A stretch of 64,000 nt of DNA from assembly GCA_963822965.1 (NCBI GenBank), contig CAWGJT010000014.1, forward strand, positions 384,001 to 448,000, in the 5' to 3' direction. This stretch comes from an uncultured delta proteobacterium. Its GTDB lineage: Bacteria; Myxococcota_A; UBA9160; UBA4427. Below are positions 30,225 through 39,434 of this stretch, one piece after another (position 1 is the stretch's first letter; every line of letters begins with the position of its first letter). The position numbers and the translations under genes are program-made. A model generated the notes under the pieces. It did not search any database. It saw only the letters and a list, made by a program, of their open reading frames with translations, and was not told the DNA's origin.

Positions 30225-32073
30225 CTAGCGAAGCAGCGACCAGAGCCCGGTCGCGGCCAGCAGGCCCAGCAGCTGGATCGCGATGCCGGGCGCGAGGCTC
30301 AGCGAACGCTCGCGGATCACGGCGAGCGCCAGGCCCACGGCGAAGGCGACCGCCAGCACGCCACCCATCAGCTCCAGCGGGGTCGCCCCGAGCGAGGTGA
30401 AGAGCGATCCGCGCAGGCCCGGGCCGGTGAGCGCCGTGACCACCACCGCGTAGGCGGCCGCCGACGCGAGTGCGGCGCGGGAGAGGATCCAGGGGCCGCG
30501 GGGTCGCTGCACCGGGAAGTCCTGCACCAGGAGCCCGTGCACCAGCCCGCGGAACCACACCTCGCCTGCCGCCACCGCGATCGCGCCCGCCGCGAGCAGG
30601 GCCAGGGGTTGCCCCATCCCCGCGCCGGGCCACGTGCACACCCAGGCCGCGGCGGGCAGTCCCCCCAGCAGAGCGAACGGAGCGAGCCACCAGCCGCCCC
30701 CGTTCGCCGGAGCGCGCCAGCCGAATACCCAGGGCCGGCGGTGCGAAGCGAAGCGGGTGGCGAGCATGCCGACCCCCAGCGCGAGCAGCGACGCGAGCGT
30801 CACCTCGTAGGCCGCCTCCACGGCGGCGCGCACGGGAACGACGGACATGAGGGACGGGAAGGCGGAAGCGAGCGGGCCGGAAGAGCAGACACGACACGCC
30901 CACCAGCAAGGCACCGGCGACCTGACGCGCCCGCGTCCACCAGGTGGAGGGCCGGTACGCGCGCGCGAGGATCTCGAGCACCTCCTCCGCCGCCAGCCGG
31001 GTGCCCTGGGGTCGCGGCGAGCCGCCGATGTCCTGGGAGCCCCCCCAGTGCTTGCTGGGCGGGCGACCGTCGACGGCGGCGTCGACGCGGTTGAGCAGCT
31101 CGTAGGCCGGCCCGAGCTGGGGGCCCGCGACCGAGCTCACCCGCCGCAGGGTGTACTGCCCGGGCTGGTTCTCGAGCGCGATGATGCAGAGCTGCTCGCC
31201 CCAGCGGGTCTTCAGGTGCTGCTCGACGGTGTAGATCCCCTCGCGGTCCCGGCAGGCGACGGCCACCTTTCGCGGCGCGACCTCCACGTGGCCGTAGATC
31301 TCGTCGATGCGGGTGTAGTCGCCGAAGTCCTCACCCGCGTAGACCAGCGCGTCGACCGCGCGCAGCATGTCCAGGGTGTAGGGGTAGACGTTCTTGCTCC
31401 CCCAGGATCCCGTCTGCTTCAGCGCGCGCTCGCGCGCCAGCAGGTAGTCGATCCGGGGCTGGGTCTGCTCGATGAGCCCGCTCGACAGACCGCACAGGCG
31501 GGCCAGCTTGGGGCCGTTGGCGTCGATCGAGCCCTCCAGCCGGAACAGGGGCAGCAGCACGTCGCAGGCGTCCGGGCGCAGCTCGCGCACGCGGCGGTAG
31601 TTCAGCAGGCACCAGAGCGCGAGCACCGTGTCCAGGTCGGGGTCGTTGGCGTAGATCGTCCAGTCGCCCTCGGAGAGCTCGAGACCGCTGTGCACCAGCA
31701 GCAGGGCCTGCTCGCAGGTGGACAGGGTGAAGAGCCGCTCGCAGCCGGCGTGATGGTCGAGGTTGTAGAGCTTCCGCTCGTTGTCGATCAGCGGTCCGAA
31801 GTCGCCGGCGCCGTCCAGCAGGATGACGCGTTCCCCCAGGGAGGCGGCCGCGGATCGGGAGGCCGACATCTTGGGATCGATGATGGCGCGCACCCGGGGC
31901 GCCTCGTCGCACTCGAGGAAGCGGACGCCGTCCTTCTCGCGCAGCGCGTATCGCTCCGGGATCGTCGCGCGTCGCGCGGCGGCTCGGGGTATCGCCTTTC
32001 CTGAAGCGGCAGCCCCGCCCATGGTCGATGAGCGGAGATCCGCCACCTGGCGCGGGGGATCCGCCAAGGGCAA
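30225..32073 (-). CDS. DHH-motif hydrolase-like domain fused to a degenerate CPBP/Abi membrane domain; frameshift at ~30880; start may be 32022
   Basis: N-terminal part has ILLDG, NLDHH, ANDPDLD and WGGSQDIGGSPR. C-terminal part (ORF 30225..30914) is multi-TM with GEVWFRGLVHG and RERSLSLAPGIAIQ. Confidence 0.65.
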
Positions 32074-32349
32074 CGTACTCCTGGATGGTCGCGCGACCGC
32101 GTCAGCGTGCGCTCACCGCGCAGGCTTCGCAAGGGTCATCCGGGTTGCGCCGGCCCCCGGGGAAGTCCCGTGTGCCGTCGCCGCCCCGGCCTCCGAGCGC
32201 GCTTCGACCGTACGCAGGGGGCGGCTTGTGACCCCGGGCACGATCCGGGGCGCCCGACGGGCGCTCCCGCACGAGGGCGCCCAAGCGTCGGCGCGCAGGA
32301 TGGGCTGCTGCGGCGCCGGACGGGCGAGGCCTCGGTGCCCCCTCCGGAT

Positions 32350-32775
32350 CTATCCCGCCTGGAGACTCGCGCCGTGGGCGGCCATCCATTCGCCCATCGC
32401 CTTCTCGGCTGCGGGGTCGAAGTCGTCCCGGAGCAGGGCGATCCGATCGTCCCGGAAGCGGGCGGTCTCCAGGCCCGAGATGACGAGGTCCGGTGCGCCC
32501 GACTTCGTGTAGGTCACCGTCCAACGCATGCGGAGGGTGTCGCCTTCCACGTCGGGCGTCTGGAAATCGGGCGTACGGCTGTCCATCCGGCGGTCGAACG
32601 AGCCCACGCCGGTCTTGAGCTTGGCGATCACCGCGTCGCGACCGTTCGCGTCCTCCGGTCCCCCCTCGTACACCGCGTCCTCGGTGAAGAAGGGCTCGAT
32701 GCGGGACCAGTCGTCGTCCTCGAAGGTTCTCTCGAATGCGTCGGCGTAGGCCAGAAAGCGCTCCAGGATGCTCAT
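32350..32775 (-). CDS. SnoaL-like / NTF2 family protein
   Basis: MSILERFLAYADAFE...FFTEDAVY...GRDAV...SGLETARFRDDRIALLRD; RBS GAGGAG. Confidence 0.8.
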   Translation of the reverse strand: MSILERFLAYADAFERTFEDDDWSRIEPFFTEDAVYEGGPEDANGRDAVIAKLKTGVGSFDRRMDSRTPDFQTPDVEGDTLRMRWTVTYTKSGAPDLVISGLETARFRDDRIALLRDDFDPAAEKAMGEWMAAHGASLQAG

Positions 32776-32930
32776 TCTCGTCTCCTCGATACCCCCCGAT
32801 CGCGGACGATAGCGTCGGGGCCGGCGGTCCGGGTGGCCTGGCGAGGGGGCCCGTCGGCCGGCCCGGAGCCCAAGTCGGAAGCGGGCGGAGGCGCTACCGT
32901 CCTCCCCCGAGAGAGTTCCGGGGGGCGCCA

Positions 32931-33533
32931 TTGGAAGGCCTGATCGCCTGCGAGTTCTGCGACCAGCTGCATCGCGTCCACTCGCTGGCGCGCGGGGAGA
33001 AGGCCCTCTGCGTGCGCTGCGGGGGTCGGCTCTACGGGAGCAGCCGCGACTCGCTCGAGCGGACGCTGGCGCTCACCCTGGCCGCCCTGATGCTGTTCGG
33101 GGTGGCGAACTGGGCGCTCTTCCTCCACGTGTCGCTCGAGGGGCAGGCCCAGTCGAACCGAATCGTCACCGGCGTCGGCGACCTCGTCCACTTCGACTTC
33201 CACGCGCTCGCCCTGCTGATCCTCTTCACGACCTTGCTGGCGCCCCTGCTGAAGCTCCTCGCCACCCTCTACGCGGTCGTCGCGGCGATGTGGCGCAAGC
33301 GCTTACCCGGCGTCGCCCTCGCGATGCGCATGGCGGAGAGCCTGACGGTCTGGGCGATGCTCGACGTCTACCTGCTGGCGGTCATCGTGGCGGTCGTGAA
33401 GCTCTCCATGATGGCGACCGTGCACCTCGAGATGGGCAGCTATGCGTTCTTCGCGTTGATCCTCGTCTCCGCCGCCGCCAACAGCGCCCTGGAGCCGGAA
33501 GCCGTCTGGTCCAGGCTGAGGGGCGCGGCGTGA
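32931..33533 (+). CDS. pqiA: Paraquat-inducible protein A, N-terminal half (start approximate)
   Basis: CEFCD...CVRCG zinc ribbon; TM helices; WAMLDVYLLAVIVAVVKL. Confidence 0.88.
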   Translation: MEGLIACEFCDQLHRVHSLARGEKALCVRCGGRLYGSSRDSLERTLALTLAALMLFGVANWALFLHVSLEGQAQSNRIVTGVGDLVHFDFHALALLILFTTLLAPLLKLLATLYAVVAAMWRKRLPGVALAMRMAESLTVWAMLDVYLLAVIVAVVKLSMMATVHLEMGSYAFFALILVSAAANSALEPEAVWSRLRGAA

Positions 33534-34186
33534 GCGCGGCTCCTGTCGCTCGCGCCCGGCCGGGCTCCGCCGCGCGTGCGAACCTCGTCCGCTGCCGGGG
33601 GTGCGAGATGCTGAGCCCGGCCGCCGCGCTCGGGCGCGACGCGAAGGTCCGCTGCAGCGGCTGCGGCACCCGGCTGCACCTGCGGAAGCCCGACTCCCTG
33701 CAGCGCTCGTGGGCCCTGCTGCTCACCGCGTACGGCTTCTACGTGCCCGCGAACCTGCTGCCGGTGATGTACGTCGGGGATCTCGGCCACTCCCAGGGGG
33801 ACACCATCCTGACCGGCGTGCAGACGATGTTCGCGGCGGGCTGGTGGGTCGTCGGCTCGCTCATCTTCTTCGCCAGCATCACAGTGCCGCTCCTCAAGCT
33901 ACTGGTGCTCACCATCCTGCTGCTCTCCGTGCATCGCCGCTCCCGCTGGCGGCCGCGGCAGCGGACCGTCCTCTATCGGATCGTCGAGGGCATCGGCCGC
34001 TGGTCGATGCTCGACATGTTCGTGGTCTCGCTGACGGTGGCGTTGGTGCAGCTGGGAGCGGTCGCCAACGTCCAGCCCGGTCCCGGAGCGACCTGGTTCG
34101 CCGGCGTGGTGGTCATCACCATGCTCGCAGCCATGAGCTTCGACCCGCGGCTCATCTGGGACTCGCTCGAGGAGGAGAACGCGTGA
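33530..34186 (+). CDS. pqiA: Paraquat-inducible protein A, C-terminal half
   Basis: CRGC...CSGCG; RKPDSLQRSWALL; YVPANLLPVM; IGRWSMLDMFVV; FDPRLIWD. Confidence 0.92.
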   Translation: MSAAPVARARPGSAARANLVRCRGCEMLSPAAALGRDAKVRCSGCGTRLHLRKPDSLQRSWALLLTAYGFYVPANLLPVMYVGDLGHSQGDTILTGVQTMFAAGWWVVGSLIFFASITVPLLKLLVLTILLLSVHRRSRWRPRQRTVLYRIVEGIGRWSMLDMFVVSLTVALVQLGAVANVQPGPGATWFAGVVVITMLAAMSFDPRLIWDSLEEENA

Positions 34187-35649
34187 CGGAATCACAGGCG
34201 CCGCCCACCGGAGAGGAGCACCCCGAGCCCGTCGTCCGACGGGGGCGAGCCGTCTCCATCGTCTGGCTGATTCCCGTCGTGGCGGCCATCGTCGGGGGCT
34301 ACGTGGGCTACGACGCCTACGAGAACCGGGGCGAGAAGATCACCATCGAGTTTCCCACGGCCGAGTGGATCGACGCCGGCAAGACCAAGATCCGCTACCG
34401 GTCGGTCGAGATCGGGAGCGTCGACAAGGTCGTGCTCGACCCGGAGGACAACGCGGTCGAGGTCCACTGCACCGTCGTCAAGGACGCCCGGGCGCAGCTG
34501 GTCAAGGGCACCGACTTCTGGGTCGTCCACCCGCGCGTGGGGGCCGCAGGGATCAGCGGTCTCGGGACCATCCTGTCCGGCGCGTACATCACCCTGCGCC
34601 CCGGTCCGGCCGACGGCCCACCCGAACGGGACTTCACCGGGCTCGACGCCCCGCCCCTCGAGCCCCCCGACGCGCCCGGCCTCAGGGTCGATCTCCACGC
34701 CGACAAGCTCTACTCCCTCGGCATCGGCTCTCCCGTCTACTTCCGTCAGATCCAGGTGGGGTCGGTCGAGCGGCACGAGCTCGACAAGGACGGCACCGGC
34801 GTCCGCATCCAGCTGTATTTCCCCAAGGAGCATGCGGACCTCCTGCGCGAGGACAGCCGTTTCTGGAATGCCGGCGGGATCCAGGTTCTCGGTGGGCTCG
34901 GGCACCTGGACGTGCAGGTCGAATCGCTGGACTCGATCCTGTCCGGAGGAATCGCGTTCGACTCGCCCGCGGGCGAGGGCTCACCTCCCGCGAAGGCGGG
35001 CGCGCACTTCTGGCTCCACCCGTCGAGCGCGGATCTCGACACCTATCCCATGCGCTACGGCGGCTTGCGCGTCTTCGTCGAAGGCGCCCGGCTGGGCTCG
35101 CTCGCCGTGGACGACCCGGTCTTCTACCGCGAGCTTCCCGTCGGTGCGGTGATCTCCAAGCAGCTCGACAAGGACTCGCGGCGCGTGCGCATCGGCCTGA
35201 ACATCGAGCCGCGCTACGAGACGCTGGTTCGCAGCAACTCGGTCTTCTGGAACGCCAGCGGAATCTCCGCCCACCTCGGCTGGCACGGCCTCGAGGTCCA
35301 TACGGAATCCGTGGGGTCGATCCTGAGGGGCGGTGTGGCCTTCGCGACCCCGGACCCGCCGGGCGATCGGGTGAAGGCGGGCTCGGTCTTCCTGTTGCAC
35401 GAGGACGTCAAGGACGAGTGGCTCGCCTGGAAGCCGCTCCTCTGGCGGGGGCCGCCCGGCGAGGCCCCGGTGGAGGCGGCCAAGAAGAGCAGTGGGGAAT
35501 CGCGGCTGGCCCGCTTCTTCCACTACGGCGGCAAGGACGAGAAGGCCGCCAAGCAGGACGAAGAGCCGAGCAAGGACGCGACCCAGGCGTCCGCCGTCGA
35601 GGCGAAGCGCCACGATTTCTTCCACCGCCTCTTCCACGGCGGCCACTGA
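34183..35649 (+). CDS. pqiB: Multi-MCE (MlaD) domain intermembrane transport protein, PqiB/LetB-like, three MCE domains
   Basis: SIVWLIPVVA; GKTKIRYRSVEIGSV; FWVVHPR..GISGLGTILSGAYI; GSPVYFRQIQVG; DPVFYRELPVG; FWNASG. Confidence 0.82.
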   Translation: MTESQAPPTGEEHPEPVVRRGRAVSIVWLIPVVAAIVGGYVGYDAYENRGEKITIEFPTAEWIDAGKTKIRYRSVEIGSVDKVVLDPEDNAVEVHCTVVKDARAQLVKGTDFWVVHPRVGAAGISGLGTILSGAYITLRPGPADGPPERDFTGLDAPPLEPPDAPGLRVDLHADKLYSLGIGSPVYFRQIQVGSVERHELDKDGTGVRIQLYFPKEHADLLREDSRFWNAGGIQVLGGLGHLDVQVESLDSILSGGIAFDSPAGEGSPPAKAGAHFWLHPSSADLDTYPMRYGGLRVFVEGARLGSLAVDDPVFYRELPVGAVISKQLDKDSRRVRIGLNIEPRYETLVRSNSVFWNASGISAHLGWHGLEVHTESVGSILRGGVAFATPDPPGDRVKAGSVFLLHEDVKDEWLAWKPLLWRGPPGEAPVEAAKKSSGESRLARFFHYGGKDEKAAKQDEEPSKDATQASAVEAKRHDFFHRLFHGGH

Positions 35650-35716
35650 GGCGCCCGGGGCGCGGGCGAGCCGGAGGGAGCGTTCGGGTGCAGAGCGGCC
35701 CTTCCGGGCCGCGACG

Positions 35717-36604
35717 TCACTTCGTCCGCACGGGCAGCTCGGAGAGCACCTTCACGGTCTTCTCGTTGGAGTGGTAGACGAAGAGCGCCGAGATGTTCAT
35801 CGCCTCGATCTCGGCCACTTTGCCCACGCCCCCGGCGTAGAAGGCGTAGATCGTGTCCTTGACGTTCGCGGGCCCGATGTGGACCTCGAAGTCGTTGCGG
35901 ATGAGCGAGGCGGGCCAGGTGCCCGCCGGCGTCGTCACCTGGTAGGCCCCCACGTAGGTCAGCCGCGTGGTGATCTTGCCGGTGTACTCGATCTTGTCCG
36001 GGTCCTTCATCTTGAAGGCGCGGATCTGGCTCTCGATCGTCTTCGTCTCTCCCGGCTTCATGCCGACCGGCACCAGGACGCCGGGGACGATGTCGGCGCC
36101 GTAGCCGACGTCGATGTCGTCCTCCGCATACTTGACGAAGCTTCCGTCCGGGTGCATGCGCACGTACTCGTTGTACTCGTCGCCGATGGCGCGCTTCCAG
36201 GCCTTGTCGCCCGTCGAATCGGGGATGGCGGTGTACGACTCGACCCGGACGTTCTTGCCGTCCTTGCCGGAGACGATCTTGTACTTCCATTGCCCCGGTC
36301 CGATGTTGAGGTAGTGCTCCAGGTCTTCGAGCGGAGGCGCCGGGACGGCCTTGCCCACGACTCCTTCTCCGAAGACCTCGAGATCCTTGGCGACGTCGGG
36401 AGGCAGCGGAATGATCGGGCCCGCCTTCGTGCTCGCGTCGGGCGCCGCCAGCGCCGCTCCGGCGAACGAGACCCAGATGAGCAGAAGGGCGCTCGAGCCC
36501 ACGCGCCAGGTCGTCGTCTTCGTGTCGCCAGTGAAACCCATCGTCATCCTCCAAGGCCGGCCGCACGGGCCGTTTCGAGCTCTCGTCCACATCCAGCGCC
36601 GCAA
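35717..36604 (-). CDS. Exported hypothetical protein (start uncertain)
   Basis: Signal-like LLLIWVSFAGAALAA; VTTPAGTW...YAFYAGGVGKV motif typical of small secreted beta-rich proteins. Confidence 0.65.
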   Translation of the reverse strand: MRRWMWTRARNGPCGRPWRMTMGFTGDTKTTTWRVGSSALLLIWVSFAGAALAAPDASTKAGPIIPLPPDVAKDLEVFGEGVVGKAVPAPPLEDLEHYLNIGPGQWKYKIVSGKDGKNVRVESYTAIPDSTGDKAWKRAIGDEYNEYVRMHPDGSFVKYAEDDIDVGYGADIVPGVLVPVGMKPGETKTIESQIRAFKMKDPDKIEYTGKITTRLTYVGAYQVTTPAGTWPASLIRNDFEVHIGPANVKDTIYAFYAGGVGKVAEIEAMNISALFVYHSNEKTVKVLSELPVRTK

Positions 36605-36611
36605 GGTTCAG

Positions 36612-39203
36612 CTAGCGCCGACCTCCGCGACCGCCGCCGAAGCCGCCTCCCCCGAAGCCGCCCCGACCTCCGCCGAAGCCTCCGCCGCCTTCCCCGAAGC
36701 GATCTCCGAAGCCCCCTCCGCCAAAGCGGCCGCCGAAGCCGCCGCCCCCGAAGCCTCCCGCACCGCCGCCAAGGCCGCCCGCGCCGCCGCCGACGCCCCC
36801 GCCCTGGAAGCTGCCCGCCCGGCTCTGACCCTGGCTGCGCGCCTGCTGCTCGGCATCGGCCCAGGACGTGTCCCCGGCCGCGCTCTTCCAGCCGCCACCC
36901 GCATTCTGCTGCCAGCTGCCGCCCTCGTTCCTGAAGACCTGACCGTCGGCGCTGGCGTAGTGGTCGTTGCCGCCTGAGCCCGAGTTGAAGCCGCCGGAGC
37001 CCGATTTGAAAGTATGGGTCTGGCCCGTGTTCGCGTTGTCGACCGTGGTCGAGCGCTGGACCGAGGCTCCCTGGGCACCCCAGGACGCGTCCACGTCGCG
37101 ACTCACGGAGCTGCCGCCCGGTCCCTTGGCGGCCGCGCTGGAGGTGTAGCCGCGCTCTCCCGTCTTCGCGTCGTAGGTGCCCTCGCGGGTCACGTTCCCG
37201 GTCGTGCCGCCCGCGGTGTCGAAGGAGCGGTGGTAGCCGCGCTGCGCCTGCCCCGTATAGGGGTTGACGCTGCGGTTGGCCGAGTAGGTGCCGGTGGTGC
37301 CCGTGCGGTAGTTCGTATACGAGCCGGTCGCCTTCTCTCCCACGGTGCCCGAGGAATTCTCGTACACGGTGCGCGTGCCCGCCGTCACCGTGTTGCCCCA
37401 GTGCCCGTAGACGTTGGCGCTTGCCGCTGCGCAGCATCCGTAGCCGTGGTAGTAGGAGGTGTAGTAGGCCGGGTAGGCCCAGGCGTCCATCATGGCCGCG
37501 GTCGTCAGGCCGAGGGCGAAGCCGTAGGTCCAGCCCGTCGCCGGGTTGTAGACGGGCTGCGCCTCGATGCTCCAGGTCGAAGGCGGCGCGTAGTAGACGC
37601 TGCCGATCCAGGGGTCGTAGGTGTAGCCGGTCCCGTACACCACGACGCCGTCGGCGTCCACGGCGGTTCCCAGGTAGCCCGGCGAGTAGCCCTCGTAGAC
37701 GACCCCGGGTCCCGACCCGTAGATCTGCACGTAGGTCACGTAGTGCAGGGGCGAGCTGGTGGGGATGGTGTAGATCACGGCCGGTACCGTCGACGCGACC
37801 GTCCACGGGCCCTCGGCGGCCGTGGCGACGAACCAGACGCCGGCCCGCAGCGCGTACCAGGTGTTCTCGTCGACGCGGATCGTCGGCGTGGCCGCGTTCA
37901 CCACGTAGTGGAGCGGTGTGCCCTGGATCGGCGCGAGCTTCGGCGCGCCGTCGTAGACCGGCGTGAAGGTGGGGCCGTTCTCGAGGGAGACGGTCGCCGT
38001 CTGCGGAATCGAGTTCTCGATCAGGGCTTCCTTCGCCTGGGGCGTGCCGGCCACGGAGGCCAGCACGAGCCCGGCGGGCGAGCCGGGAGGGATCTTGCGG
38101 AAGTCCGGCGGCAGGTCGCGGCTCGCCACGTACTTCCACGGTCCGTCGAGGGTCGCTCCGGTGTACCAACGACCCGCGAGTAGCACGAAGTAGTCGTTGT
38201 CCGTCGTGTCGACGAGCACGTCGGCGGTCGTGTTGCTGGCCCACAGCAGGTTCGTGTCGGTGACCGGCTGGAGATCGGGCTGGCCCTTGAAGACGATCAG
38301 CTCCGCGGGCTTCGTGCTGGTGTAGATCGTGGGGGCGCCGTTCTCGAGGGACGGCTTCGGCTTCACGTGGTCTCCGTCGAGGGCGTCCACCTGTCCCTGC
38401 TTGACCAGGCCGGCCAGCACGTCGTCGAGGCCCGGCGGGACGATGAGGGGCTCCGTCCAGGGTCCGGCGAGGGAGTTCGTCGAGAGCCAGCCGTCGTAGA
38501 CGTGCAGGTAGAGGGCATTCTCTCCGGTCTTCCGCAGGATGGCGGCCCGCGTGTTGAGCACGCGCTCGAAGTCGCTGTCGGGAATGCGTCGCCAGACGGG
38601 ATCGCCGCTGATGGGGATGAGGATGGCGGGGCTGTAGCTCACCAGGATGTGGGGCGGCGCGTTCCGTACCTCGACGGAGCTGGCCTTCAGGACGCCCGCC
38701 GCGGTGAGCGACGCCTCGAGCCGATCGAGCGAGACCGTCTGCACGTTCTTCGCCACCTGCTTCTGCAGCTCGCCGCGATACGCGGCTCCCTCGTCTCGAA
38801 GGGTCGGGAAGGTGCTGCGCGACAGGGTCACGTCTTCGAGGGTCACACTGCGGGTCACGCGGTCCACCTGCGTTCGTGCCTGCCCCCAGATCACGCCGAA
38901 GATCTCGTCCTTGGCGCCGGTCGGCAGGACGGCGACCGCGCAGCGGAAGAAGAGCTGGTTTCCCTTCCAGTCCTCCACCTGCGGCTGGTAGACGGTCAGC
39001 CGGGCGTCGGCGAGCTGGAAGGCGCGCGGCCAGGGGCTGGGATTCGCGGATGCCGGCGGCGGGGTCGGTGCGGGTGCCGGCGCGGGCTCTGCGGAGACGG
39101 GCCCGGGCGATACGGGATCCATCTCGGTGGGCACCGCGTCGGCTTGCGCGCAGCCCCCGAGCACCAACGCGGCGATCAGGCTCGCCGCAGCGAAAATGTT
39201 CAT
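36612..39203 (-). CDS. Large lipoprotein with Tyr-rich region and Gly/Arg-rich C-terminal tail
   Basis: MNIFAAASLIAALVLGGC lipobox; WPR...YQPQV..W; repeated GRWY...GPW / GVWF...GPW; (GGGFGG)n tail. Confidence 0.8.
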   Translation of the reverse strand: MNIFAAASLIAALVLGGCAQADAVPTEMDPVSPGPVSAEPAPAPAPTPPPASANPSPWPRAFQLADARLTVYQPQVEDWKGNQLFFRCAVAVLPTGAKDEIFGVIWGQARTQVDRVTRSVTLEDVTLSRSTFPTLRDEGAAYRGELQKQVAKNVQTVSLDRLEASLTAAGVLKASSVEVRNAPPHILVSYSPAILIPISGDPVWRRIPDSDFERVLNTRAAILRKTGENALYLHVYDGWLSTNSLAGPWTEPLIVPPGLDDVLAGLVKQGQVDALDGDHVKPKPSLENGAPTIYTSTKPAELIVFKGQPDLQPVTDTNLLWASNTTADVLVDTTDNDYFVLLAGRWYTGATLDGPWKYVASRDLPPDFRKIPPGSPAGLVLASVAGTPQAKEALIENSIPQTATVSLENGPTFTPVYDGAPKLAPIQGTPLHYVVNAATPTIRVDENTWYALRAGVWFVATAAEGPWTVASTVPAVIYTIPTSSPLHYVTYVQIYGSGPGVVYEGYSPGYLGTAVDADGVVVYGTGYTYDPWIGSVYYAPPSTWSIEAQPVYNPATGWTYGFALGLTTAAMMDAWAYPAYYTSYYHGYGCCAAASANVYGHWGNTVTAGTRTVYENSSGTVGEKATGSYTNYRTGTTGTYSANRSVNPYTGQAQRGYHRSFDTAGGTTGNVTREGTYDAKTGERGYTSSAAAKGPGGSSVSRDVDASWGAQGASVQRSTTVDNANTGQTHTFKSGSGGFNSGSGGNDHYASADGQVFRNEGGSWQQNAGGGWKSAAGDTSWADAEQQARSQGQSRAGSFQGGGVGGGAGGLGGGAGGFGGGGFGGRFGGGGFGDRFGEGGGGFGGGRGGFGGGGFGGGRGGRR

Positions 39204-39434
39204 CTTGCCCCCCTGGCCACGCTCCGTGGCAGCCTCCCGAGGGCGATGGTGCTCGACCGCGAACCGCCGGCCCCCGAAAGGGGTGCATGGTAGGTCGGCG
39301 GCGACCCGTTGGGCAGCGGGCGCTGCCGTGGCGCGGCGCTGCCCGCGCCGTCGGCGACAGGCTGCTGCCCCGGGCCGAGCCTCTGCCGTCATCGCGACGT
39401 CCCGTTTTCGGTCCGGCAGCCGCTGGCGCACGGC

